From Candidatus Micrarchaeia archaeon (lineage in GTDB: Archaea > Micrarchaeota > Micrarchaeia > Micrarchaeales > CABMGC01), in NCBI GenBank assembly GCA_049976305.1, contig JBMFIM010000003.1, forward strand, positions 1-55,918: a stretch of DNA of 55,918 bases. Reading direction: 5' to 3'. Shown piece after piece: positions 1-8,475 of the stretch. Every line of letters begins with the position of its first letter. Positions within the stretch are counted from its first letter, which is position 1. Position numbers and translations under genes: made by a program. Below the pieces are notes generated by a model. That model did not search any database. It worked only from the letters and a program-made list of their open reading frames with translations, and was not told the DNA's origin.

Positions 1-862
1 CTGCGAAGCTGCCAGATGAGTTTTTGTTTAACGCCCTGAGTACAAGCCACTCTCGCTCTGTAAGCGCGTTTGGCGGCTTCCTCGGAGTTTCCTTGGTCCT
101 GTGCCAGACCTTGCCTTTGAGCTCTTCAAAGAACTCATCGCGCAGTGGAACGAAGCCGTAGGCATAGGTTATGTAGGTTACATACCAGTCTGCCTTGTAA
201 GGCGCAAATGCAGGCGAAGACCTAATGTCATAAATTTTATTCTCTAGCGTCTGCGTGTTCTCTGCGAACATGTAGATTAGCAGGTCGTAGTCGCCCTTCA
301 GCAGCGCTGCAAACTGTATTGTAGGCTCTGCCTGCAGAACCTTCTTCATATCCTCTATTTTCGGCATTTCGTCTATGAACTTAACTAGGGCTATGTACCT
401 GAAGTAGCCGAAAGGCCTTGGCGCTATCTCTATGGTGTATCTTATGCCATATCTCTTCTCGAGGCTTTCTATCCTGCTTCTTGCCTGCGCTATGCCTATG
501 CCAAGCCTCTTTGCTATTTTCTTTACAGGTGTTCTCGCATCTGTGCTCAGCATCTCGAGTATTGCCAGGTCTATGCCGTCAGGATGCACCAGCTCCTCGA
601 TAGGGTTTGAAGGCCTTTCTACAAGCTCCTCGACGCTCAGCACGTTCTCATATAGCTTCTTCCTGTGCTTTCCCTTTACAAAAGTGCCGTCCTCATTTAT
701 CTTTCCCAAATAGAGCACTGCCACTTTCTTCTTTCCCTCTATTACCGTCGCCTTTTCCTCATAGGCGTAGTAGGCCCCGTGTATGCGCACAATGTGCAGC
801 TTATGGTTGAGCTCCTTCTCTAGCTCTTCCTTCGTCTTTTGCACTGCTTCTGGCAGCATCAT
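1..862 (-). CDS. Lrp/AsnC-family transcriptional regulator with N-terminal extension and a probable second HTH (partial, runs off window start)
   Basis: Not in ORF track. Manual translation MMLPEAVQKTKEELEKEL...DGIDLAILEMLSTDARTPVKKIAKRLGIGIAQARSRIESLEKRYGI (AsnC HTH)...LLKGDYDLLIY (RAM domain)...LTEREWLVLRALNKNS (start of a second HTH). Confidence 0.8.
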   Translation of the reverse strand, partial: MMLPEAVQKTKEELEKELNHKLHIVRIHGAYYAYEEKATVIEGKKKVAVLYLGKINEDGTFVKGKHRKKLYENVLSVEELVERPSNPIEELVHPDGIDLAILEMLSTDARTPVKKIAKRLGIGIAQARSRIESLEKRYGIRYTIEIAPRPFGYFRYIALVKFIDEMPKIEDMKKVLQAEPTIQFAALLKGDYDLLIYMFAENTQTLENKIYDIRSSPAFAPYKADWYVTYITYAYGFVPLRDEFFEELKGKVWHRTKETPRKPPNALTEREWLVLRALNKNSSGSFA

Positions 863-1062
863 ATGCTCATTATTTATCTTTGACCTGTTTGATTAATAAA
901 GATTGCCTTTTAAGATAGTTAAATTTTCCTTCTATGGCAAGCAAATTTTATAGTTAAATAAAACGATTTATTGATTTTTAATGGCATTCTTGGCAATTAT
1001 AAACTATATCTACGAGGGCACTCACGAGAGCGTTATATAAAAGGTTGTTTATAATAATATTA

Positions 1063-1162
1063 GCGTGGGGGAGAAAAGTGGTTGCAGAAAGCTATTTTGT
1101 TGCAGCTCCTTTTCTTGCAGACCAGGGTATCGCCCACCGCTACCCTTTTATCGCTCCCACGC
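1063..1162 (+). ncRNA. Putative structured sRNA or 5' leader
   Basis: TATA TTATATAAAA at 1033-1042; 9-bp terminal stem 1063-1071/1154-1162; internal hairpin AGGGTA/TACCCT with CCACC loop (1134-1138); pyrimidine tract follows. Confidence 0.4.
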
Positions 1163-1222
1163 CCTTCACCTTTACCTTTATGCTTCTGCTTTTGATTAAC
1201 TCTATTGGGCAATGGTGGGGAA

Positions 1223-1474
1223 ATGGGTACGCAAGGAAAAATCAGCGCAATAGCCAATAGCCTGTTCTTGGTAAAGCCGAAGCACGGTGCCAATCCGTAC
1301 AGGTTTGCAAGGAGCATAGCGGGCGTGCGAGGGGTAAGGCGCATATTAATCGGTGAAGGCAGCTACGGCATGGCCATAGAAGCCATTGCTGAGAATGGGG
1401 TAGAGGAGTTTCTCAGGAAAAACGGAATGGAGTTCGAGAAGCTCTCTTGCCTTTATGCTTTAAAAACAAGGTGA
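1223..1474 (+). CDS. Small protein resembling a stand-alone Lrp/AsnC ligand-binding (RAM) domain
   Basis: ATG 1223 preceded by SD-like GGTGGGG; LFLVKP...FARSIAGVRGVRRILIGEGSYGMAIEA matches the RAM pattern with the GxY turn. Confidence 0.5.
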   Translation: MGTQGKISAIANSLFLVKPKHGANPYRFARSIAGVRGVRRILIGEGSYGMAIEAIAENGVEEFLRKNGMEFEKLSCLYALKTR

Positions 1475-1478
1475 AACA

Positions 1479-1691
1479 ATGGAGTTTTGGATAGGGGACA
1501 AGAGAATAAAAAAGCCTAACACGCAGCTGTGGTATAGGCTTATGATGCTTCATTTGCCAGTGCTGCATGGCTACGCCCTGAGAAAGCTGGAGAAGTGGTA
1601 TTTCGAAGATGAACCTCTTCTATTTGAGCAGCAGAGGCTTGATGCTATTTCTCGCGCAAGGGCTAGCGCGGCAGAAAGGCCGAAATTCTGA
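1479..1691 (+). CDS. Hypothetical protein (70 aa)
   Basis: SD AGGTGA upstream of ATG; 4 nt after the previous stop, so likely co-transcribed. Confidence 0.55.
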   Translation: MEFWIGDKRIKKPNTQLWYRLMMLHLPVLHGYALRKLEKWYFEDEPLLFEQQRLDAISRARASAAERPKF

Positions 1692-2011
1692 TCCTCTTCA
1701 TTTTTCTGTTTTATTGTTTGAAAGAGTCGCGCGAGCTGGGAGGCGGCATCAGCCGCCTCGTGCTTTGAAAGCTGGTAAGTTATGCCTGTTGTGCTTATAT
1801 AGGCTTCTAGCTCGTACCAGGTGTCTTTGCCCATTTGCTTCTTTTCATCAACGAGCCTCATAAGCTCCCGCACTGTCTTGCAGAGCTGCGCAAAGTCCTT
1901 ATGCCTTTGCATTTGCAGCAGCTTCCTGTACTGTTTCGCCGCTCCAGTGCTGTAGCCGTTGTCCAGCTCCTCATCCACCTCATCCTCCAGCTCACGCTCA
2001 TCCTCTTTCAC
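1571..2011 (-). CDS. Hypothetical helical protein
   Basis: GTG start with SD GGTGGTG; charged helical composition; 3' end overlaps the convergent ORF by 121 nt. Confidence 0.55.
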   Translation of the reverse strand: MKEDERELEDEVDEELDNGYSTGAAKQYRKLLQMQRHKDFAQLCKTVRELMRLVDEKKQMGKDTWYELEAYISTTGITYQLSKHEAADAASQLARLFQTIKQKNEEDQNFGLSAALALAREIASSLCCSNRRGSSSKYHFSSFLRA

Positions 2012-2172
2012 GACACCACCAAGAATAAGCAGCTCCTCGCCGAGCCAATTTGTATGGCGCCTGGCCTGCGCAATTCCCTGATTATTTTTAGTTTAGTAAA
2101 TATTTATATATTTTACTACAAGATTGTGTAGCATTAGGAAATTTAATAAATCTTAGGCATGCAAATTTAATT

Positions 2173-2248
2173 GCCGCGAAAGCGGCCGACATCACCAGAA
2201 AAGCAGCCTTCGCTGCTTTGGGCGGCTTCGGCCGCCCTGTCGATTTTT
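2173..2248 (+). ncRNA. Unassigned, highly structured small RNA (~75 nt)
   Basis: GCCGC-GAAA-GCGGC; CGACA/TGTCG closing a 3-way junction with AAAGCAGC-CTTC-GCTGCTTT and GGGCGGC-TTCG-GCCGCCC; TATA-like TTTAATAAA at 2142-2150; T-tract 2244-2252. Confidence 0.65.
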
Positions 2249-2313
2249 GTTTGGCAATTGCCCGTGCGAGTGCGAGTGCATAGGCTTAAAAAATTCAGGT
2301 GCTAAATAGGATT

Positions 2314-3282
2314 ATGCAGAGCGCCGTTGCAGACCTTAGGCTCAGGATGTACTTGACTCTGTTCCTTGTATTGGCCATAGGCTTCGGCATACTCTTCGCA
2401 CTGCTCAGCCTTCTTGGCGTTTCGAGCATAGGCATACTCGTTTTCGTTGTAGCGTTCTTCCTTGTTCAATGGTATGTTTCGCCTTCATTGCTTGCATATG
2501 CTGCCAGGCTGAAGTATGTCAGCAAGCAGGAACAGCCTAAGCTTTACAGCATGGTTTCGGAGCTTGCAGAGCAGGCAAAGGTGCCGATGCCTAGGATTGC
2601 AATAAGCCCCTCCAGGGAGCCTAATGCATTCGTTTTCGGCAGAACGCGCAAAAGCGCCACGCTCGTAGTTCACCAGGGCCTTCTAAGTGCTGTCAACGAT
2701 GAAGAGCTGCGTGCTGTGCTGGCGCACGAGATAGGCCATTTGAAGCACAACGACGTAGTGGTTATGACCTTTGCCTCTTTCATTCCCATGCTCGCTTACT
2801 ACCTTGCCATAACCTTTCTTTTCGGCGGCTTCTCCAACAACAGGAATTCAGGCGCCTACGCTGCGCTCATAGGCTTCTTTGCCTTCGTGGTCTATTTCCT
2901 TTCAGAGCTTCTTCTTTACGCGCTTTCAAGGGCTAGGGAAGCCTATGCCGACGCTTACTCTGCGCAGGCTACAAACAAGCCAGAGCATCTTGCTAGTGCG
3001 CTCGCAAAGATAACTTATTCGCTTGCCTCTACAAAGCACGCAAATTCCGGAGCGATAAGGTCTTTCTACATAGCAGACAACCTCGCTGCAGGCAAGGATG
3101 CAAAGCTGCTAGACCGCTATATGGCTGAGATCAAGAAGGCCTTTCCAGAATTGGACGTTCGCAGGCTCAAGGAGGGCGAAGCTGCAAGCCCACTTTCCTT
3201 CTTTGCCTCCCTTTTCCTTACCCACCCGCCTACCTATAAGCGCATACTGCTGCTTGCGAGGATGAAGAACTCAGGCAAATAG
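2314..3282 (+). CDS. htpX: Zinc metalloprotease HtpX (M48)
   Basis: PNAFVFG, LAHEIGH, SRAREAYAD, THPP motifs; TM helices; start moved to ATG 2314. Confidence 0.93.
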   Translation: MQSAVADLRLRMYLTLFLVLAIGFGILFALLSLLGVSSIGILVFVVAFFLVQWYVSPSLLAYAARLKYVSKQEQPKLYSMVSELAEQAKVPMPRIAISPSREPNAFVFGRTRKSATLVVHQGLLSAVNDEELRAVLAHEIGHLKHNDVVVMTFASFIPMLAYYLAITFLFGGFSNNRNSGAYAALIGFFAFVVYFLSELLLYALSRAREAYADAYSAQATNKPEHLASALAKITYSLASTKHANSGAIRSFYIADNLAAGKDAKLLDRYMAEIKKAFPELDVRRLKEGEAASPLSFFASLFLTHPPTYKRILLLARMKNSGK

Positions 3283-3289
3283 GAGTAAA

Positions 3290-4270
3290 CTATTTCCTAA
3301 GCAGAATTGCAAACTCTTTGCTGGTTTCGATACCTTCATTGAGCTTCAATTCTTCAAGCGCGGCTCTCGCCGCGAAAACAGCATTTGTAAGTAGCTTTGC
3401 TATCCACTCTGTATCTGAAGAATGGTAGATGTGCTGAGGTATGCTTGCAAACATTGCATAGGTCTTGTCATATAGCTCAATGTCGCTGTGCTTGAGCCTT
3501 GGCTTGTTGGCGTTGAAAGGCTTTGTGTCTTTCCTGAGAAGCGAATAAAGGTCTCCTTCTATTGCCAGCCTTCCTAGCTCCTGGCTGAGCTTTACAGTGT
3601 TTTCGAGGCTGAGCTCCTTCCTCTTTGCTTGGTGGAGCTTGTATAGGGTATATGCAGGCACTATGTCGCTGTAGAGCTTGAAAGCGATTTCTACAGCCTT
3701 TTTTCTTTCTTTGTTGTTCTTGAATCCGTTGGTCGCAAATTCTTCTAGCCGCTCTAAGGAGCCCTCTATCTTTTTCCTCGTGTGGGCTGCAAACATGATA
3801 GATGCGATCTGGCTTGGTGCAAGGCCTGCCAACTTTCTTTCTTCGTCGCTTATGCGATATTCAGCATAATACTCGAAATAAGCTATGTTCAGCAACGCAA
3901 GCTCTATCCTAACCACATTTGTCATCTTGTGCATATTTACCTGCCTTCCAATCTCCATGTAATTTTGTATGTTTGACCAGTATGTTCGCCTTATAAGCTC
4001 AAGTGCGATGAAGGTGGTCAAAGCCTCAGTATCTTTGCAAACTTCTTTTGGGATTAGCAACGTGCCGTCAGGCTTCCAATAAGGATTATACCATCGATCA
4101 ACAGCGTGCCTTCTGCTTTCTATGATCTTTATCGCGTTAGCGCCTTCAAACCCGTATCTCTCCAAAGGCCCTTTCAGCCTATCATAGGCGGACATGTATG
4201 CATCTTCCACTTGCCGCCAAGCAAAGCCAAAGGCTTCAGCGCTTCCCACGAATACCTTGCAAATTCTCAA
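3290..4270 (-). CDS. Hypothetical protein, tandem paralog 1
   Basis: 326-aa ORF; end-to-end similarity to the adjacent 4325-5248 protein. Confidence 0.75.
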   Translation of the reverse strand: MRICKVFVGSAEAFGFAWRQVEDAYMSAYDRLKGPLERYGFEGANAIKIIESRRHAVDRWYNPYWKPDGTLLIPKEVCKDTEALTTFIALELIRRTYWSNIQNYMEIGRQVNMHKMTNVVRIELALLNIAYFEYYAEYRISDEERKLAGLAPSQIASIMFAAHTRKKIEGSLERLEEFATNGFKNNKERKKAVEIAFKLYSDIVPAYTLYKLHQAKRKELSLENTVKLSQELGRLAIEGDLYSLLRKDTKPFNANKPRLKHSDIELYDKTYAMFASIPQHIYHSSDTEWIAKLLTNAVFAARAALEELKLNEGIETSKEFAILLRK

Positions 4271-4324
4271 TTGTTGGCTTTATATTTCTTTTGTGCAAAT
4301 TTGCAGGCTTTGCCCTAGATAGAA

Positions 4325-5248
4325 TTACTTGCGCTTTATGCTCTTGCTTGGTAGGCTTATATGCCTTTCATACCTCTCAAGCTCCCCAGTTTCTATTTCC
4401 TTAACGATCCTTCTTGCCACAATTACTGCATTCGCCAGAGGCTCTGCCATCGCGTCAATGCGTAACGAAGGATATGCTGTGCTTGGAGTACTTTCAAACA
4501 GGGCCTTGAGCTTTTTCCTCAGCTCCTCTTCGTCTTTGCTCAACTCTGCCAGTTCTAGATTAAACATTGCAGCGCCTTCTTCAAGAAATCCTGGCAGGTC
4601 TTCCTCTTTTGCAAGCCTTTGAAGGTTGAATGCCAAGCCTATCGTGTTCTCTAGGTTTAACACCTTTCCACGCTTCTTGTGCAACTTGTAGAGGACATAT
4701 GCCGGTATTAGCGCTGCGTAAAGCTCGAAAGCAGCGCCGAAAGCGACTACTGCCGTTTCACCATCGCTGGGCACGTGCGCTTCAAGTGTCACAAACGTTT
4801 TTAGGGCTTCAGAAGTATCCACTTTTATCTTTGCTAATATTATGTTGTTTGCGAGAATTGCGTTCATCTGCCATGGGTTCCCACGCTCAATCTTGTATTC
4901 TATGTCTGTCAGCTCCAAAGCCCCGAAAGCTATTCTAAGCCTATCCATTGTTATGCCGTCTACGGGCTCGTCTCTATTCTCTGGGAGAATGTCCGACCAG
5001 AACATTCGCCTTAGAAGCTCCTGCGCTATAAACAGCTCAAGGTCTGCCTTTTTCTCGATTACTTCTCTTGGTATTAAGAGAGGCCCTTTGGGATTATTTG
5101 CCAGGTTGTTTTCGCTTGACACCTTTATTTCATCAACGCCCATAAGCCCGTATCTCTCAAGGCCTCTCGACATAAGTAGGTTGTATGCATCTAAGTATGC
5201 CCTTTCGACTCTGCTTTCAAGGTCACCTACTTTCTCCACCAAACTCAA
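4325..5248 (-). CDS. Hypothetical protein, tandem paralog 2
   Basis: 307-aa ORF; shares LERYG, LLIP[KR]EV, FIAxELxRRxxWSxI, PAYxLYKLH, LENT and LxNAVxxAR blocks with paralog 1. Confidence 0.75.
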   Translation of the reverse strand: MSLVEKVGDLESRVERAYLDAYNLLMSRGLERYGLMGVDEIKVSSENNLANNPKGPLLIPREVIEKKADLELFIAQELLRRMFWSDILPENRDEPVDGITMDRLRIAFGALELTDIEYKIERGNPWQMNAILANNIILAKIKVDTSEALKTFVTLEAHVPSDGETAVVAFGAAFELYAALIPAYVLYKLHKKRGKVLNLENTIGLAFNLQRLAKEEDLPGFLEEGAAMFNLELAELSKDEEELRKKLKALFESTPSTAYPSLRIDAMAEPLANAVIVARRIVKEIETGELERYERHISLPSKSIKRK

Positions 5249-5337
5249 AAAGTTTTTTCTTCTCTTACCTTTTTAATCCTTCTGTCCAAAACTTTGCAAT
5301 AGAATTGTTTATTAAGCCAGTTTCAAAAATTATAAAC

Positions 5338-6024
5338 ATGAAATTCAATGAGAGGCAGCCAAGCATAAGCCAAGAAGATGCCAAGCGTCTGATGTTTGCT
5401 CTGGAAGGAATAGAAAATGTGCTCCGTAGGCTCTCAGCAGGAAAGCTAAGCGTGGAAGAGGCCGAGGAAAATTTCAGAATACATGTTGCCGTGCTTGACA
5501 GGCTTCCTTCTGTGCTGTTCGAAAGTGCTTCAGAGGCCGTTGCCAAAATGCTCAGGCAATACCGTCTGCGCTTCACCGGTGCAGATTTCAACCCTCTTTT
5601 CCGGATTCTCGAAGAAAACGCAAGGGAGATGTCCGGAGACGAAGGCCTTGCCAAAAGGCTGGTAACTGCATACCTTGCGCCGATGAGTGAGGAGGAGAGA
5701 AAGGAGGAGGGTATAGTAGCCGACATAACCAATTTCATCAACGAGCTTGAGCACATGGCAGCTTACGAAAAGGTGAAGGAAGGCAGAGGCTTCGAAGACA
5801 AGATCGCAGAGAGCTTTGATAGGCTCCTCGCCCGCTCATACAAGCTTCCATTGCCGATGGCGCAGGAGGTGCTCGACTCGGCATTCGCTGCGCTTATCTT
5901 GGCTAAGGAGCTCCTCTACGCCAATAACAAAGAAATGTCTGGCCTGCTTGACAAGCTATTTGGCATTGTTATCAAAAGGCATGACACGCTAAGAGAAGAG
6001 CTGGGCAATGCTGCAAGGGATTAG
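5338..6024 (+). CDS. Hypothetical all-helical protein
   Basis: ATG 5338 after an AT-rich promoter region; long ORF with natural composition. Confidence 0.7.
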   Translation: MKFNERQPSISQEDAKRLMFALEGIENVLRRLSAGKLSVEEAEENFRIHVAVLDRLPSVLFESASEAVAKMLRQYRLRFTGADFNPLFRILEENAREMSGDEGLAKRLVTAYLAPMSEEERKEEGIVADITNFINELEHMAAYEKVKEGRGFEDKIAESFDRLLARSYKLPLPMAQEVLDSAFAALILAKELLYANNKEMSGLLDKLFGIVIKRHDTLREELGNAARD

Positions 6025-6121
6025 AGCAAGCAAAAGGTTAAAAATGCTAAATGCTAAAAACGGAAATATCGAACAGCTTATAAATTTTGAGTTTTTATAA
6101 CTCTGTTATATTGGTGGATTT

Positions 6122-7924
6122 ATGGATCGTAGGGACAGAGAGGCTGAATACAAGCAAAACGCCGAGCAGGAAGCCGTAAGGCTTCAGATGCCGGAAAACA
6201 TGCAGGTCAATGTAACCGATCCTTTGCTAGCTCCTTATCACAGGACAATGGAAGAAATAGAGAAAATGCCTGTGCTAGAGAAGACAAAGACTGTTTGCCC
6301 AGTCTGCAAGCTTATCATAGACGGCATAATCTACAAGGATGGCGACAACGTAATGATAAGGAAGTACTGTCCAGAGCACGGCTGGTTCATTGAGAAATAT
6401 TGGGAAGACTACGAAATGTACATGGCGATGCGTGGCTATTCCTACTTCGGCAGGGGTTTTGACAATCCTGATTACCTAACAGCTGGCGAGAACTGCCCGT
6501 TCGATTGCGGAATATGCGAAAGGCACAAGTCCCACACGGCTCTTGCCAACGTAGTAGTGACAAACCGCTGCCACCTTTCATGCTGGTACTGCTTCTTCTA
6601 CGCAAAGGAGAACGACCCGGTTTATGAGCCTAGCCTACAGGAGCTAGACATACTTTTCAAGAAGCTTAGAAGCCAAAAGCCAATTCCTGCAAACGCCATA
6701 CAGATAACAGGCGGCGAGCCCACAATAAGGAGCGACATAGTTGACATAATAAAGCTTGCAAAAGAAGCCGGCTTTGACCAGATTCAGCTCAACACAACGG
6801 GCATAAACCTGGGCTTGAACCCAGAGCTGCTAGTAAAGCTTAGGCATGCAGGCTTGAGCACGCTGTACATGAGCTTCGACGGCGTGAGCAAGCGGGCAAA
6901 CCCTAAGAACCACTGGGAAATACCTTTGATACTCGACGCTGCGAGAAAAGCAGGCGTAGGAATAGTGCTCGTGCCTACTGTGATTAGAGGCGTAAACGAC
7001 GGCGAGCTTGGAAGCATGATAAACTTCGCTCTAAACAACATAGACATCGTAAGGGCTGTCAACTTCCAGCCAGTCTCGCTTGTTGGAAGAATGCCAGACA
7101 GGCTTAGGGAGAGGCAGCGCATAACAATACCTGGCGCAATAAAGCTGATAGAGGAGCAGACTGGCGGGGTTGTTGCCAAAGAGGATTGGTTCTCTGTGCC
7201 TTATGTTGGCGGGCTTTCCAAGTTCATAGAGGCACTTACCGGCTCTTATTCTTATGACCTCTCCATACACTTTGCATGCGGCGCAGGCACATACCTGTTC
7301 TTGGACAAGGACAACAGAGTAATCCCAATAACCAGATTCCTCGATGCCCGCGGACTTATGGAGTACTTGCAGCATGTTGTTGATGAGATGGAGGGCAAGA
7401 GCAGGCTGGAGAGGCATCTAATGGCTTTGAAGGCCCTTCTCAACCTCAAGAAGTTCATAGACAAGGAGAAGCAGCCTAAGAGCGTCAACTTTGCAAAGCT
7501 TCTTGGCAGCATACTGCTCAAGCACGACTTCTCAAGCGTAGGCGCCTTCCAGATGAAGACCCTGTTCCTCGGAATGATGCACTTCCAGGACGAGTATACC
7601 TATGATATTGCGAGGGTTGAGAAGTGCGACATACACTACTCTCTGCCCGATGGCAGGGTAATTCCGTTCTGCACGTTCAACGTCTTTCCAGAGATATACA
7701 GGGACAAGGTCCAGAGGCAGTATGCAGTGCCAGCAGAGGAATGGCAGAAGCAGCATCCTGGATGGACCTATGCATCTGACAAGTACAGAAGGAACATAAA
7801 GGAGCTTGAAGCGAATCCGCTCTATGAAAAGACATACGGGCACCTTGTTAACTTCTTCGAGCTTCCTGTGAACAGGGCTGCGAAGGAAGCCGAGAAGGCA
7901 GTGGCAAGCGAGGGAGCAAAATGA
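6122..7924 (+). CDS. tes: Tetraether lipid synthase (Tes / GDGT-MAS, MJ0619 family radical SAM enzyme)
   Basis: N-terminal CPVC...CPEH metal site, CPFDCGIC cluster, radical SAM CHLSCWYC, TGGEP, C-terminal HFACG and CDIHY...IPFCTFN; SD GGTGG. Confidence 0.85.
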   Translation: MDRRDREAEYKQNAEQEAVRLQMPENMQVNVTDPLLAPYHRTMEEIEKMPVLEKTKTVCPVCKLIIDGIIYKDGDNVMIRKYCPEHGWFIEKYWEDYEMYMAMRGYSYFGRGFDNPDYLTAGENCPFDCGICERHKSHTALANVVVTNRCHLSCWYCFFYAKENDPVYEPSLQELDILFKKLRSQKPIPANAIQITGGEPTIRSDIVDIIKLAKEAGFDQIQLNTTGINLGLNPELLVKLRHAGLSTLYMSFDGVSKRANPKNHWEIPLILDAARKAGVGIVLVPTVIRGVNDGELGSMINFALNNIDIVRAVNFQPVSLVGRMPDRLRERQRITIPGAIKLIEEQTGGVVAKEDWFSVPYVGGLSKFIEALTGSYSYDLSIHFACGAGTYLFLDKDNRVIPITRFLDARGLMEYLQHVVDEMEGKSRLERHLMALKALLNLKKFIDKEKQPKSVNFAKLLGSILLKHDFSSVGAFQMKTLFLGMMHFQDEYTYDIARVEKCDIHYSLPDGRVIPFCTFNVFPEIYRDKVQRQYAVPAEEWQKQHPGWTYASDKYRRNIKELEANPLYEKTYGHLVNFFELPVNRAAKEAEKAVASEGAK

Positions 7925-8475
7925 ATGCAAATGAAGGTATTATAGAGGAAGATGGCAAGTACTATGCTGTGGAAAACGGAGAGCGTTACAGGCTGCCTTA
8001 CAAAACAGTTAAGGAGATTGTTTTCAACAACGTGAGCAAGCAGGAGCTTGTGGACTTGCAGCACGCAGCAAGGCTACAGTACAAGCTTCTTCTCAACGAA
8101 GCGATACTGAGAGCAAAGGTGGAGTTTGTAAAGCAGAGGATAAGCATAGTTTACAATCCACCAGGATATAACAAGGGCAAGCCTGAGATAAGCCCAGAGG
8201 ACATAGCAGCATTGATAAGGCAAGAAGGCGTGCACGTAGATTTGGCAAGCGCAGAGCAAAGGGATGTGGACTATTATGCGGAGATATGGCGCGCGCAGTT
8301 TCATCCACCAACGATAAGGGAGCACCCTCCTTATGGCTACACCCTAGAGGAATGGAAGAAGCTAAAGGCCAAGTACGAGCAGAAGGTCAAGCAGGCTAGG
8401 GAGAAAAAGCTAGAGGAGTTTCACGAATGGCAGAAAAAATATGAGAAGGAACATCCTGAGCTTGCATCAAGCTGA
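7921..8475 (+). CDS. Hypothetical protein with HMA-like (ferredoxin-fold) domain lacking CxxC
   Basis: ATGA overlap with tes; LQYKLLLNEAILRAKVEFVKQRISIVYNP...ISPEDIAALIRQEG resembles the HMA pattern. Confidence 0.7.
   Translation: MNANEGIIEEDGKYYAVENGERYRLPYKTVKEIVFNNVSKQELVDLQHAARLQYKLLLNEAILRAKVEFVKQRISIVYNPPGYNKGKPEISPEDIAALIRQEGVHVDLASAEQRDVDYYAEIWRAQFHPPTIREHPPYGYTLEEWKKLKAKYEQKVKQAREKKLEEFHEWQKKYEKEHPELASS

Noticed and set aside
418-810. Plus-strand ORFs 418-603, 432-713 and 607-810, and similar short antisense ORFs throughout the track
   Set aside because: They are antisense shadows of well-supported genes, here the Lrp-family regulator, with atypical Ser/Leu/Cys-rich composition.
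2173-2248. tRNA fragment, hammerhead ribozyme or C/D box guide
   Set aside because: No T-loop or anticodon arm geometry, no CUGAUGA/GAAA catalytic core arrangement, and no box C plus box D pair.
6122-7924. Annotation as a methanopterin methyltransferase or MoaA-type enzyme
   Set aside because: This is a legacy label for the MJ0619 family. The extra N- and C-terminal metal motifs fit Tes/GDGT-MAS.
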